The notes under the pieces were generated by a model. The model was not told the DNA's origin and did no database searches. It saw only the letters and a list, made by a program, of their open reading frames with translations. Made by a program: the position numbers and the translations under genes. A DNA stretch of 64,000 nt from the NCBI GenBank assembly GCA_038087875.1, contig CM075998.1, positions 2,914,001 through 2,978,000 on the forward strand. Reading direction: 5' to 3'. Each line of letters opens with the position of its first letter. The stretch's first letter is position 1. Shown here one piece after another: positions 25,351 to 39,400 of the stretch. Origin of the DNA: Malacoraja senta (lineage: Eukaryota).

Positions 25351-28300
25351 CAACTAAGAGGATAAATGAAGATACTTCCTTTGAATGCAACAGCAAATTA
25401 AACATTAAAAGAAACCCAAACATATTTGCTCAAACAAAAATCCAATGGCAATGAGCTGCAATGCTCCCAAGCAATTCCCAATTATTCATTGTAGATCCTA
25501 AGACAAATACTATTTCTAGGTGCAAATGTCTGATTTGGTCCTGTTAATTCCCAAGTTGAAGATAAATTATGGGACCACATCTGATATTTGGATCCAAACA
25601 GAACACAATAGAGTTAGTTAATGGAGGTAAGTGGTACGATCAAGAGCTGTGGAAGGGCTCTGGTCATTTCAGACTGCAATTAAGCCACAATGGGGATTGC
25701 CTGTAAATATTTGCCCGTTTTTCGCCACCGGTCCGTGTTTGGCCCATATCCCTCTAAACGTTTGCTATCCATGGACCTGTCCAAATATCTTTTAAATGCT
25801 ATTATAGTACCTGCCTCAACTACCTCTTCTGGCAGCATTCCATAAACCCACCGCTCTCTGTGCGAAAAAGCTTACTGATGTCAAACTAATTTTCAATTTA
25901 GGTATCTGCCATTAACTTCAAGTATCTTTACTTTCCTGAAAAACAAGCAACTGAGAAATCAAATAAATACTTCCAAACAAAGAGCCAGGGAGAAAATGTC
26001 ATTGCTTTTCTTATTGGATACCAGCAAGCAAATCAGCAGCTGGAGAGAGGATGAGCCCATGCAACTGCAATCAGGAACCAAAAACTCAATCATTGCTAAA
26101 TGGTAGATCAATTAGGTTTGACAAACAGAACAAATTTCCTGACTGACCTCAATTTTGCCATGTTGCTAATAACAGCTTTAGATTAGTGCTCTCCAATGGA
26201 AACCTCTAGTTGTAGTGGCAGCTATAGTTTGGAACGTCTAACACATTTTTCCCTCTGTACCTATGGTTGCAAATACACTATTCAATGGACCGCTTTAAAG
26301 ATCCTCTGCTGATTGCACAAAGGCAAGTGCCTTGTAACAGCTGCCTGCTGGATGACTGGAGTGTGTCAAAAATATATATATTGGTGTTCTAATTGTAGTA
26401 CAGTAACTACAGCTCCGAGTACACGTAATGGGTATTACGTTTAGTCAGGTGAATTTTAATGATCCTTTATGGCCGAGAATTCAATAGAGTTATGCAGAGA
26501 ATTTAGATAGCATTTTGGTGCAGAAACATTATAGAGCATATTTCAGGACCAAAGCTGGTTCTGCAAAACATGGAAAGGACAGATTTGTTTAAACTTGTGT
26601 TAAAAGCAAGAGTAAAAGGTGCAAGAGAAATCATAAGTACATAAAGTAATGCTGATGCATTCTTCTGCAAGCATCATACAATTAAACTGCATAACAACTT
26701 AAAAATAACTTTATAAATAACCTTCTTTCCACAAGGTACTGGAACCAACAGCAAGAGTGCAAACTGAGAACTACTTCCACAACAAAGCTTATATACATTA
26801 CATCACCTCTCACAATTAGAATAGGGCAGTCCCATTGGTATGGATGCACCAAGATTCAAAGCATTCCATCTTTGTGATTTTTTTTCAGTTTGGACAAAAA
26901 AAAACGACATCAGCATGTGGAGGCTGAATTCATGAAAAATTGCTCTGCCCAGATTTCTTAAAATATAATCGTCAATACATCAGCCTAAGTGGCATCAAAA
27001 TACAAACTCCAAAAGATAAAAGATGCAGAGCTTCCAGCTTACAGAAATCAATAATTTTACCACATCAGTTTTGTAATAGTTATCCCAATAACTAACCAAA
27101 TGGAATATCGAGCATATACCATCAACAAGATGCACTAAAGTTTGATTAATTATCAAAATTTGAACAGAAACCCCCAAAAGGAAGAGTGGCAGGTGCATCT
27201 TTTCCTAAAATCCCACATCATTCTGATTTGGACATCTATGGTTGTTTCTTCTTCGCTGCTGGGTCAAAATCTTGGAGCTTTACGTCAGGGATTGAATGCT
27301 ACAGTTTAAAACATCAGCTCACCAGCACATCAAGGGTAGTTTTGGATGGGCAATAAACAGCAACCTTGCCAGCAACATTCAAACTCATGAACGGATAAAA
27401 ATCTGGAGTCATTTAATCAGCAGAGTGCAGACTTACATTAGAGTTTAGGATAAAGATGTCAGATGAAATTAACCATTCTCTAACCTACCTCGTAGATAGG
27501 TGCTACCTATTTTTGCCCACACCTCCTTTACTCCATTTACCTTCTTCATTTGAATTCCTCCAAATAAGATGTCTGGAGATCTTACTCATAAAATTCAGTG
27601 TCATTTAACAAAAAAGAGGTGGCAAAAGATCATCTTAAACTCTTCAAATAGCAGAATTGCCATCTTCTTGTCCATATTCAAAGTTAACTTGGAAATGAAA
27701 ATAAATAGTTGGATCAAAACCTGACCAGAAATGATGTAGGACAGAAAAGGTGACTAATAATGCATTTAAACCAGAGGAGGAAGACGGCTAGCAAAAAACC
27801 CCCAAGGGGGTAGCAGATGGAATCCAATTCTGCTATATCCTGACCAAACTAATATACGCCAGTTGTAGTGCTGCAACATGAAGTCTCAAGTTAGTCTAAT
27901 TCCTTAGTGGTGTCATCAGTTTAAAACAAGAAAACTATGCTTTATACAATGCTTTGATGCAACACACTTATAATCATTGCATTCACTGGTAAGAACAATT
28001 TTGCATATAAATACTGAGATACGCAAATATTAATACAAAGTTAATAAAGAGATGCAATTAATAAGCAATACAATAGAAAATGCACAATAGCCACTACAAA
28101 CAGTATCTAAATTAAACACCAATTATAATGCACATATTCATTAAAAACCATTATTCTTGTAAACCACCAAAGTTGTCTCAAACCTGCCTGTGGGATCTTG
28201 GTGCACAGAGAATAGCAAATGTATTTCGCAACACATGTCACAATATTTCAGTTATTCATTGTATGTGAAGTGCTTTGAGACATTTGAGACACATGATAAG

Positions 28301-30415
28301 ATAACAACACTATTAACACGTAGAGCCTCTGAATTTGGGAGGCGAGCAAGAAAAGCAGGAAAGGAAGTTTTAAAGATACACAGTACGCACAAGACTAAAT
28401 TAAAATGTACAGTTCATGTAACTGTTGAGTCTCAGCCTTTTGGGACAAAAGTAAACAGAATGTTAAATCAATTCATGCTATAAATAAAACATTTAGAACA
28501 CTAGCAGCTACAAAGTCTAGGTTGACAGAACGGTCAGGATCAAAACAGTGTCCTTTTTGAAGCAGAGTAAATTCCATGAAACCTGCAGACTACACACAGC
28601 AAGGAATTAGACAACTTTACAAGTACTGAACGTGAGTACAGTCAATTCTTAAATGAAGCAATCTTTCACCACCATCACTATTCTCACCAAAGAGTAACAA
28701 AAATGTGTGCACCATCTCTGACTATGATCTCCTGATTAACTTTAATAACATATAGTAATCACCCTCAATTAAGACCATTTAAAGTAACGTTTAGATAAAA
28801 AGGCATCTGAAATCAGAGTAGTAACTTTGCCCAGGTACAGGTAATTATTTTGTCAAATGGAGTGATCTCCATACTTGCCGCCTCCTAATTTGTATAGAAC
28901 ACACTCAGTTTGCGCCAATGCAACAAGTACTGCCCCTACCCCACGCCAACGTAACTGGCCCGGCCCCCTTTCTACGCCAATGCAGCTACTCGGACTTGGT
29001 TTTGCGCGAATGCAGCCGCTCAGACTTGCTTTTGTGCCAATGCAACCCTTCAGACTCTGCTTCGTGCCAATGCAACCCTTTAGACCATGCTTCACGCCAA
29101 TGTAACAGCTCACTCTGTTTCGCAGCAATGCAACAACTCAGACTCAGTTTCCCAACAATGCATAGCTCAGACGCAGTTTTACGCCAATGCAACCGCTCAG
29201 ACGCAGTTTTGCGCCAATGCAACCGCTCAGGCACAGTTTTGCGCCAATGCAACCGCTCAGTCAGTTTTGCGCCAATGCAACCGCTCAGATGCAGTTTTGC
29301 GCCAATGCAACCCCCCAGGTGCAATTTTTGCGCCAATGCAGCCGCTAAGACAGTTTTGCGCCAAATGCAGCTGCTCGCATGCAATTTTGCATCAATGCAA
29401 TCGCTAAGATGCAGTTTTGCGCCAATGTAACTGCTCAGATGTAATTTTACATCAATGCAACCACTATGAAACAGTTTTGCGCCAATACAATCGCTGAGAC
29501 CCAGTTTTGTGCCAATGCCACTACTCAGCCAATTTTGTCATTACAACCGCTCGGCCTAGATTTGCGTAAATCTAACCACTCAGCCCAATTTTGCGCCAAG
29601 GCAAACCCCACAACCCAATTTTGCACAAATTCAAACTGCACAGTCCAAATTGGCGCCAATGCATCTAGCCTGATTTTGCACTAATGCACTTCGGAAGACC
29701 CACTCAACAGCGATGCACCGACCCCATTCTGCGCCAAAGCAACCAAACAGAATGCCCGAGCATAAAAACGAAATGATAATGTCCCTTTTACAACAGTACA
29801 AAGGGTTAGAGCTTTGTATGGAAATTTAAAACATATTAAAAAGCTTATATGAAATGGAATGAAGTATTTTATACTTTCATTGCTTATCAATCAGAAAAAG
29901 ACTTAACTAAGAATGCAATTAAGAAAACTGACGAACATTCACAAGAATTGAAGAGAATACACTTTAGATTTCATCACTGGTGTGACAGTTTTAGGCTGAT
30001 TTAAACTTGAAGCAACAATACACTGATGAGGCTCTGGGGTAAAGCTGAACTTGGAAACTTATACCATGACCCTATCTGAACACTTATAGAGACCAATGAC
30101 AGCTACATCAGTTTCAGTTAACAGTCTGCAACAACCAGGAACAAATGTATACGTTGCCCTCATTAACCTATAATAATGGTACAGACAGTTAATATCTCTG
30201 ATCATACTGCATTACACACAGAATGTATAGAAATTTGCTGTCAACATAAAAAGTAGTCACACTTAAAGTTCCATTAAATTAAATAATTATAATAGGCTGC
30301 AACAACTAAACGCCAGAATCAAATCACTGCTCCAAACCATATCATTGACATTTTGATTTGTTTTCTTGCTATTACCATTTATTTATTACTAAAATAGGTG
30401 ATTAACTGTTCACCA

Positions 30416-30471
<56 letters not shown>

Positions 30472-33400
30472 GTGCATGATGCTCTCTAACATGTGAAAAT
30501 GACAAAATATTATTTAAAAGATTCTGTTTCCAAAGAATACCAAGATCCAAACAATCAATGTCAAAATCAGTTTGACGTCACCCATTTTAAGAGAGATTGT
30601 GCAAGAACCACCTGAAATAAAGCACTGTTGGTTGCAACTAAAGCATTGGAAGGAATTATTTAACAAACACCAGAGGTTCCATCACAGGCATGAAATTATT
30701 GAGGGAGACTTACCTTTTACCTGAATAATTCCACCTGATAGTCTGGCTAAGAATATGAATATGCTGCTGTGATAATAGTATGTCAATTACTTTGTAGCTT
30801 TGAGAATAACTCAACAGCTTATGAAGAAATACCTATTAATATTCGATTACAATTAAGAAAACAAATTACATTCACAACATTTTACGAGGAATGATTAAGA
30901 AAGAATATGATGCAGAATTGCTGAAGGACCTTAAAGGACTTAGAGACCAGACACATGGATAATTCTGTAGGAACAAATCACTTAGCTGCAAACTCGGCAT
31001 CATGGCATATTAATCTTCAAGACATTTTTCTCTGAGAAATGTCGTCAGAGTTGAACAATCACCTATGTGCACAGTAAAATGGCAGTACCTGCAGGTATGC
31101 TGGAAAGGAATCCTCCAACTTGCTTTTCTTTCGGCGCTGCCGTTTCTTTGCTTTCTCACCTACATCTGGACCTGCCATAGGTATATCACTGGCGCTCTCA
31201 GGTGGAAGTTCCATCTGAGTCCCTATCAAATCAAGAGAAAATGAGCAATGATAAGGATTAGGAAAGCTCACCTAACCGCTCTCAAGCAGTGCAAAGCAGC
31301 TGTATTACGAGTGAGAGCTACTAATTCTAGATTAACGACGGCCCTTCATGCTAATAGTTCAGTCCCTCACAGTAAAATAAGATTTAAATAACATCTGAAA
31401 ATAGGTGTAAAAGGTCATCGGTTCTCTTGGTTTAAATAAAAGTAGAAGCTGGTTATACTGATTTTAAACTGCACTCTTAAGAGTAGGATTCTTCTTCAAG
31501 ATTCAATCAGAACTTGGAAGGTACAGCCACAATATATTTAATTATTGCGGCAATTGGCAGCACTTCCATTCCAGATCATGGCTTGGGCGCAATTTGCACT
31601 AACAATGCAGTACAATCTTGAGCTGGAGCCAAAATGCATCTCTTTTCATGGCTTTTGAAATTTTCTGTGGGCAAGCACGAGTGTCCTACAGTTTTCTCCA
31701 AAGCTCAGAGCTTGAAAATGGTTCTGAGATTGAAGGACAGTATTAGTTGCAGAAACGTTACATTACTCCACTGCTGGCCAGTCTGTGTTTTCCTAAATTA
31801 TAACGTTTTATTAAAATGTAATTGATACAGACTATGGAGAATAAGAACTGGGTTTCCACCCCCCCCCCCCCCAAACCCGCCTTCCCCCTGTAGGTAACCT
31901 TCCCATTACATTTTAGATAAACAAGTGAGATGGAAGACCCATTTGTAAAATTAAGAAACCCTTCCATCCTAAGAGGCAAAATAAGTCAGTTTACAATGTG
32001 TAGCCCATAAATCTGTCTTGGAACAGTGGCTAAATATATAGTTCAAGCGATTTAAAAACAGAACAAAGCCTTTGGCTTGAAAGAATATTAATTCGAAAAA
32101 ATCAATTTGCAAACAGCTAAAACTTCACACAAGCCATGCAGCAACTCCATGCCTATATTGTTCTTAAAGAGATGTAAACACACCTTCTTCTTTGTTGCTG
32201 TCAATATTTGGACAGTCAATGGACATTCCAGGCTGTGTCACAGACATTTTATTCAAATTCTTCATCCGTGACTGCCTCTGACGGACCATAAATCCACCAA
32301 TTCCTAAAACAAAAATCAGAAGTGTGTTTGTTCTGTCTTCTTAATACCATTTACTTTCCCTTTCATAATTCACCTCTATTATTTAGCTTTACTAGTCAAG
32401 ATATGGTGCAGCAGGCTCAAGGCAATCCAATAAACATCAACCAAAGAGTGTAAAGGGAACACTTTGTTCAAGCTGCAGCCATGGCATCCTCTGTTTCCTT
32501 CAGTTGGTTATAACCCATTTCATCAGCATGTAACAAGCCATACAAATGCAGCATTCTGATTTGAAACCAAACATTGCTTGCTTCTTTTAAATGAACCGTA
32601 CAAAAAAAATGAATGCTGAATTATGCCATTTGCTTGCAGATTTAAATTAAATTGAGAGGAACAAGTCTACTGGTTGGGCCTTCCAAAAAGAAATAGAAAT
32701 CTTACAAATAAAGTACGCTATCAAATAGAAGCTTTTCGACCTGCTTGCAGAATAATCAAGTTGCTTTTCTAAACGGGTTTTGCAACCCGACGTGTCACTT
32801 ACCAGGTCGGTATGGCTTCCTCTTCCTCTTTTTCCCTTCCTCAGATTCCTCACTTATTTTTCCAGGATTGTTTAATGCACACATGTCATGTTCCTGGCAG
32901 ACAGGTGCATCAGGTTTTATGTCACATTCTCCTGGTTCCATGGCAACTTTAAAAGAATTAGAACCCAACCGCAAATTACATTCAGTCAAATAAAAAAAAA
33001 ACATTTACCATGGGATTTAGCACAGATAAGCAACTCCATTTAATTTTTCTCCTGACTCTATAAAATCATTGCAAAAGACTTCAACATGTATAGTTCTCAT
33101 CCACATCATGCAAAGGGTTTTACTATTTTTCTCCCGTCAGTTCTTCAATTGTCAAATGTTCAAAATAAGTGCTAACTAAAATAAATATTTTTTCGATCTA
33201 CATATTTCACAATTTGGTTACATTTATCCACTCATTTTCTTGTTTGTCTGTGAAAGGTTTCATGATTGTTTTTACTTGGCCTCAGCTTCTCCAAAAAGGG
33301 TAGATTCAGAGTTGATATTTTTGTCTGGAGGTGTGAAGCTGCAAGGCGAATTTGGATTCTGCCATCTGAAATCTTCAATGGATCTAACTTCCAGAATGAA

Positions 33401-36400
33401 CCATAGTATGCAAGGTTTTCCAATTAGCTTCCAATCTATACTCAAAAAAGCTGAAAAACAACTTCACATTGCAACCGTTTTAAAGGCACAATTCAGCATT
33501 TCTCTGAATCTTTGTTCCAGAAAAGCAGTGGTTTAACCACATATCTGTTGTAACCCTTGTCCTGTGTTCCGTCAACAATGGTGGGGGGGAATGAAAGTGC
33601 AGCTTTCTTCAAGCAAATGTCATCTCAATACTTTGGTTTAAAAAAAAAGTTAGGCTTTTAAGTTAGCTCAATACATAGATACATAGATACATAGAAAATA
33701 GGTGCAGGAGTAGGCCATTCGGCCCTTCGAGCCTGCACCGCCATTCAATATGATCATGGCTGATCATCCAACTCAGTATCCCGTACCTGCCTTCTCTCCA
33801 TACCCCCTGATCCCCTTAGCCACAAGGGCCACATCTAACTCCCTCTTAAATATAGCCAATGAACTGGCCTCAACTACCCTCTGTGGCAGAGAGTTCCAGA
33901 GATTCACCACTCTCTGTGTGAAAAAGACAATACCTCAGTGGAGATTTTGTTGACAATTAGAAAAGCTCAATTCGAAAGAGAAATTCCAATTTCTAAGATT
34001 GCACTAGATTGCAAGTTTTAGAAATAAAAATCTGCGAAAAGAGGTTTAACATTATGGAACAACACAGTTGTCATGGTAACTATACAATCTCTATCTCACC
34101 TTTTTCCTCCTCTCCATCACCTTCTTCTTTCTTTATTTCTATAGATGAGCCATCTATACTGACCAACATTGGTTCGCTACATGGAGTTGAAGGTTTGTTC
34201 TTTAATTTTGGCTTTGGTCCTTTCTTGTGTGGTGGTGAGAGTACCATACTTCGGAACTGTGACATTCCTGATTCCGTCAGCCATACTCCATCCTGATTAT
34301 AAAACCGTGGTTCTACAAACGAAAATATCAAGTCTACAATAAATTTAGCATAATAAAAGAACCAAACAGTGTGAGCATAAACTCTTCAAATAAAATAGGT
34401 GCTCACCTGGATCCTTCACTTTGATGATAGGTGTAATCACAGGGGATTCACTTCGAACTGTAAATACAAATGAAACTAGGAACCCTCATGCCAAATATCA
34501 AAAACTAAAAACTAGAAATAGCAAGCACATGTCAATAATTCGATTAGCTTGGAGACTCGCCCAATAAAGCAACAAGAACTTTAACACTACATTAAAATGC
34601 CTTTCAAGAAACAACATGAAATCCTTAAAAGATAGATAAACATGAAGAATTTTGTGGTGTAATATCCAGTGTGCAGGTCATACTGCAATGCAGGTTTTCA
34701 TCACCTGCAAAATAAGGCAACTCAGTATTTTTGTCATGAAGTTGAAGAGAGCAACTTAAAGTTGCACAAATACATTCAAAAATCATTTTAGAATTGCAAT
34801 CTGGTTCTTATCTCCAAATTAAGTAAAGGATTGTCACTACATTCCAAGTACTGAAAGTGGCCAACACTGTCACTCACCAATCGGACGGACAACAAATGGC
34901 TCACATGCAGTACAATCAAAGCCCTCGTCTGCCGCTTGCTCCACTTCCTCTTCGGTGAAAAGATTTTCACAAATTGCATGGACCCACCTGCAAGCAACAA
35001 TCCAATTATATTTATGAAACCATAATTCAGACAACTGATGCACCAGTCAATCACTTTAAACGTTCCTATTATTCTTTTCATTTAAAATGAGTGTTGAAAG
35101 GATTAAAACCATTGTGCTGTCTCTAAAGTTCATAACAATTCTGCACTCTGAGCTCAGTGTTGGCAATAACCTGAGAATAAGCAAGCTTTCACAGTCGTAA
35201 TATAAATAAATTGAAGCTTCCATACTTGGCTAGTATCAGCAGTCAGGCCCTTCACTAAACATCTGTCCTTCCATGCAATAGAGTTAACAGGTACCAATAA
35301 ATTCTGCCAATGCACTCTATGGGATTATTCATTCAAAGCTCAATTTCCTTCCCCATCTTCAAAACAGTCATTCCTCTCCCCTCCAAAATAAAATACTATG
35401 ATTTTAATGTGAAAGCTAGATAAACAAATGGTTTTTTTAATACTAATATTTTATAGTATACAAATTACACACTCAAAATGATGCAACGTCAGGACAATAT
35501 AAAAGTTGGTTTATGAAACTAATGGTACCTATATTTCTCTGGCCTACCTATCACAATGGTGACACTGTATGAGAAGGTCCTCTTCTTCATAGTCTTCATT
35601 GCAGCTTGGACAAGTAACAAGGCTGCCACAAGGTGCACAGTGAGTGTAGTTATTCTGCCATTCACAATGAAAACCAGGTGTTGTGGCACCACATTGTGTA
35701 CAGCAAACACACCTGTATGACAAAGTATGAAGTTACACTTTCATATTTCCTTAACATACAGAATCATATTTCCTTAACATATGGAAAAAAAACAGTTGAA
35801 ACTCTTCCAACTCTGATAAGGATGTTCAATTGGCTTTAAACACAAAGGTTGGGTGGAGGAAAGAATGGAGGGAAACATCCAAGACTGTGGTCACAAATAT
35901 TGCAGAGTTAACTGTATTCAGGGAAAAAATGTACTCGCAAATAAAAATATTATTTTTGTGTGCCGTCACACCAAAATGAATTTTGCACTCACCACTTGCA
36001 TTTCCAACCACCCTTTGGCACAGTTTGCAATGGTGGATCCAGGCAGTATGTGTGGTAACTTATATCGCAATCATCACACAACAATAAACGAGCAGGATCA
36101 GATGCTTTGCCACATGCTTCACACACAATACATTCCAAGCAACGCCATCCTTTGCTCAACATGACTTTTGTGATCTGCAAGACAAACAGCAGGGTCAGAA
36201 AAACACAAGGTTTTATACAGCATTCTGATGAAAGATCAGATTAAACTCAAAATTGACAGTGTCTGTCACGAACATCGATTTGAAATATATAATGATGCCA
36301 ATGATACAGTAAAACTCCATTAATACGGCAGGTTCAAACTGTAGTGATGCCAGACCATCAGAATTTCTGGACTACTTTATTCTATTCGCATTAATACTTC

Positions 36401-39400
36401 AATGCACTTTTAATTCGCTATTTTCCACGGGTTATATGTTGGAATGATAAATTTTCCTGTAAATTTTAAGGATGCGTGGGTACAGGAGTCTTGGTGACCA
36501 TTATGGGAGCAGAGGGACCAGAGCCCCGATGATCTACGTGCCGCATCATTAGGATTTCCGATTTGTCAGATAATGATTATCAGAGTTATACTGTGTTACT
36601 CTCTTTACATTTTGTTTTAATATTCTGGGAAAAAATTACCCTGCATTCTACTCTTAACAAAAATATATAATCGACATAAGAAATGCTACTGTTGTTTGAT
36701 ATGGTGCAGAAAAGATTTCCATTTTTTTTGCAAAGATGCACACAGAACAGTCTTTAGTTTGTACCCGTGTGCTGCCACTGGATGCAATAAAAAATAAAGT
36801 GTTTCAGTTGCTCATGTCAATGGATGCAAATATTCAAGCAGTTTTTCAAAAAATAAACAAGTTTATTGTATTTTCTCTCCATACAAAAGCATCAAAAGAG
36901 GAAGTTTGGTTCTTGGTATACTGAATGATCTCCATTGGAGATGTTCAATGATTTAATTTTACTTATTTATTTCATAACTTATTAAAACACGAAAATGTTG
37001 CTGTTCAAAGGGTGGTCTTATGCTGGTACTTCTTTAACCTGCTATGATTTGCTCATCCTTTATTATGCAGAAACATCTGGCATTAATTGTGAACCGCTGG
37101 TCAATGTGCAATGCAACAGGTCTTATGTGCAAAGAATAAATAACTCTGCCTTCATCCTTCTTAAATGTTTAATAACCTCATCACTGCAAATATGACAATC
37201 ATCAATCTTCTTTTTTTCTTCCTCCATACCTTGCTATTGACGCAGTACGGATGATAGCACTGCCCACACTGTGAACAGGCCAACAGTTGTCCTTCTATTC
37301 CCCGTCCAAAGCTCCCACATACCACACACATATCCTGAAAAATAACAAAACCATAGCATTACAAGTTATTCTGAAACAAATCCTCCAAAAACACACACAT
37401 TTACAATTTTGTAGATATATTACTGAATTAATTACTGCTGATGTATTACTGCCATTTATTGCACATGTTTACACAGAAGTGTGATGTTCCAAAACATTTA
37501 AGTGCGATCAAACATTACTGACAGCTGTAGTATAACTGTCCACATTCGGGGGAAAAACACAGTGCTGCGCAATAGGCTGAAGTTCAATGCTGAATGCAAA
37601 TTTTAGATCAAACAGATGAAAAACTTCAGTCAGCCTAAGATTTCAAATCACATTACACTTAAATTAATATGCAACCATTAAAAAAATAATCCTGTAGATT
37701 AGTTCCCAGCAAAAGATTAGCAAGCATCTGTTCAACATGCAGAACAGATCATGCGCAGAGCACCCAGCATCAACAATCCAATTATCCTTGGAAATCAGTG
37801 CAATCTCTGAAAGATTAAAAGAATTGGCAAATTGGATCCAAAATTGACTTCATGATGGGAGACAGAGGTTGACGGTGGAGGGTGGTTTTTGTGATTGCAA
37901 GGCTGTGACCAGTGATGTACCACAGGAATCGCTGCTGGGACCCCAACCTTTATCATATACATTAACGATTTGGATATGAATGTAGTAAGTATAATTAATA
38001 AATTTGCAGATGACATGAAAATTGGTGGTGTTGATTGTGACGAGGATAATCTTACATTATAGAAAGATACCGGGCAGAACATTGACAGATGTAATTTAGT
38101 CCTGACAAGTGTGAAATGAAATAAAAGCAGAAAATGATGGGAAAACTTAGCAGGTATTTGTGGAAATAGAAACAGGTTAAGTTTCAAATTTCATCATATG
38201 TGACGAGAGATAAATTAATCCTGGTAAAAGAGCAGGTTGAGGAGAGGAAAAGGTGGATCAAAGATCCTCTGAGATGGGGTGAAATAACACACGAGCTGTT
38301 AAGCTTCTTCGCGTTGCTTTGTTGTAAATGTTTTGTCTATTAGGACGTACCCTATAGTGCACACAAGTGTGAGGTAATGTACTTTGGGAAGACTCATTAG
38401 GGTAGGACATGCAGGCAGGGGAGAGGAAAGGGTGGATCAAAGGGATCTTCTGGGATGGGGTGAAATAACGTATGAGCTGTTAAGCCTCTGTGCTGTAAAT
38501 GTTTCATCTACTGGGACATGCCTAAAGTGCACACAAGTGTGAGGTAATGCACTTTGGGGAGAACTCATTAGGGTAGGACATGCACAATGAATGGTAGACC
38601 ATACGGAATATTGAGCAATAGAGAGATCTCGGGTGTACAAGACGAAGGATCCCAGAAGCTGGCAGCACAGGTAGATAAATAACGAAGAAGGTGCTAGGGA
38701 TATGAGCCTTCATTAGTCAGGGCATAGAAATAAAAGATCAGGGGACAATGGCACAGTTTTGTAAAACATTGATTGGTCCACAGCTGGAGAACGGTGTGAG
38801 GTTCTAGTAACCACACAATATGAATAATATGTTTGCACTGAAATTAGTGCAAAGAAGATCTAATAGTACATTGACTGGGATTGTTCATGAGGAAAGATTC
38901 GAGAGACTGTTTGTGTTCCTTCAAGTAGTGATGGCCAGCATAATACTCAAAAAAACATGCACAGGTTGGTGGCATCCAGCAAATTCACGTATCCAAATTG
39001 TTTGCTGCATTGAATTAATAACTTACGATATCTCCTCTAACAATCCAATGCCACAGTTGCTCTCAGGAACATCCATTGCCATATTCTGCTAGTTTGTTCA
39101 TAACACAAGATTTACAAGTGCACACAAAAAAGTGGAAGGACCCATCAACAATCCAACCCACGGAGCCTCGGCTCCCTTGGAGAACCTAAATATCAGGTAC
39201 ATAGGCAGGAAATTGAGCCAGGCACTCAACACCCAGGTGCCAACTTGCTTTTTTTTCCCAACAAGATGTCAGAATCTACATAAACAAACACAACCATTAT
39301 AACCACATACATCATTGTGAGAAGGAGAAATCCTACCTGCAGGAGAATAAATTTGTCTTCAGTAGAGAAGAGGACCACTGTATTGTGCATTGTATCATCG

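Noticed and set aside
28905-29745. CRISPR-like array or repeat-protein gene (ORFs 28853-29684)
   Set aside because: Units are contiguous with no unique spacers, there are no cas genes and the context is a vertebrate intron. The ORFs arise from a stop-poor 30-nt period.
33277-33450. Additional exon in intron 19
   Set aside because: Open frames exist, but the donor (AA|GTAAAA) is weak, the best acceptor gives the wrong exit phase and there is no similarity to KMT2 proteins.
35741-35781. 18-bp direct repeat upstream of exon 16
   Set aside because: Simple local slippage duplication with no evidence of function.
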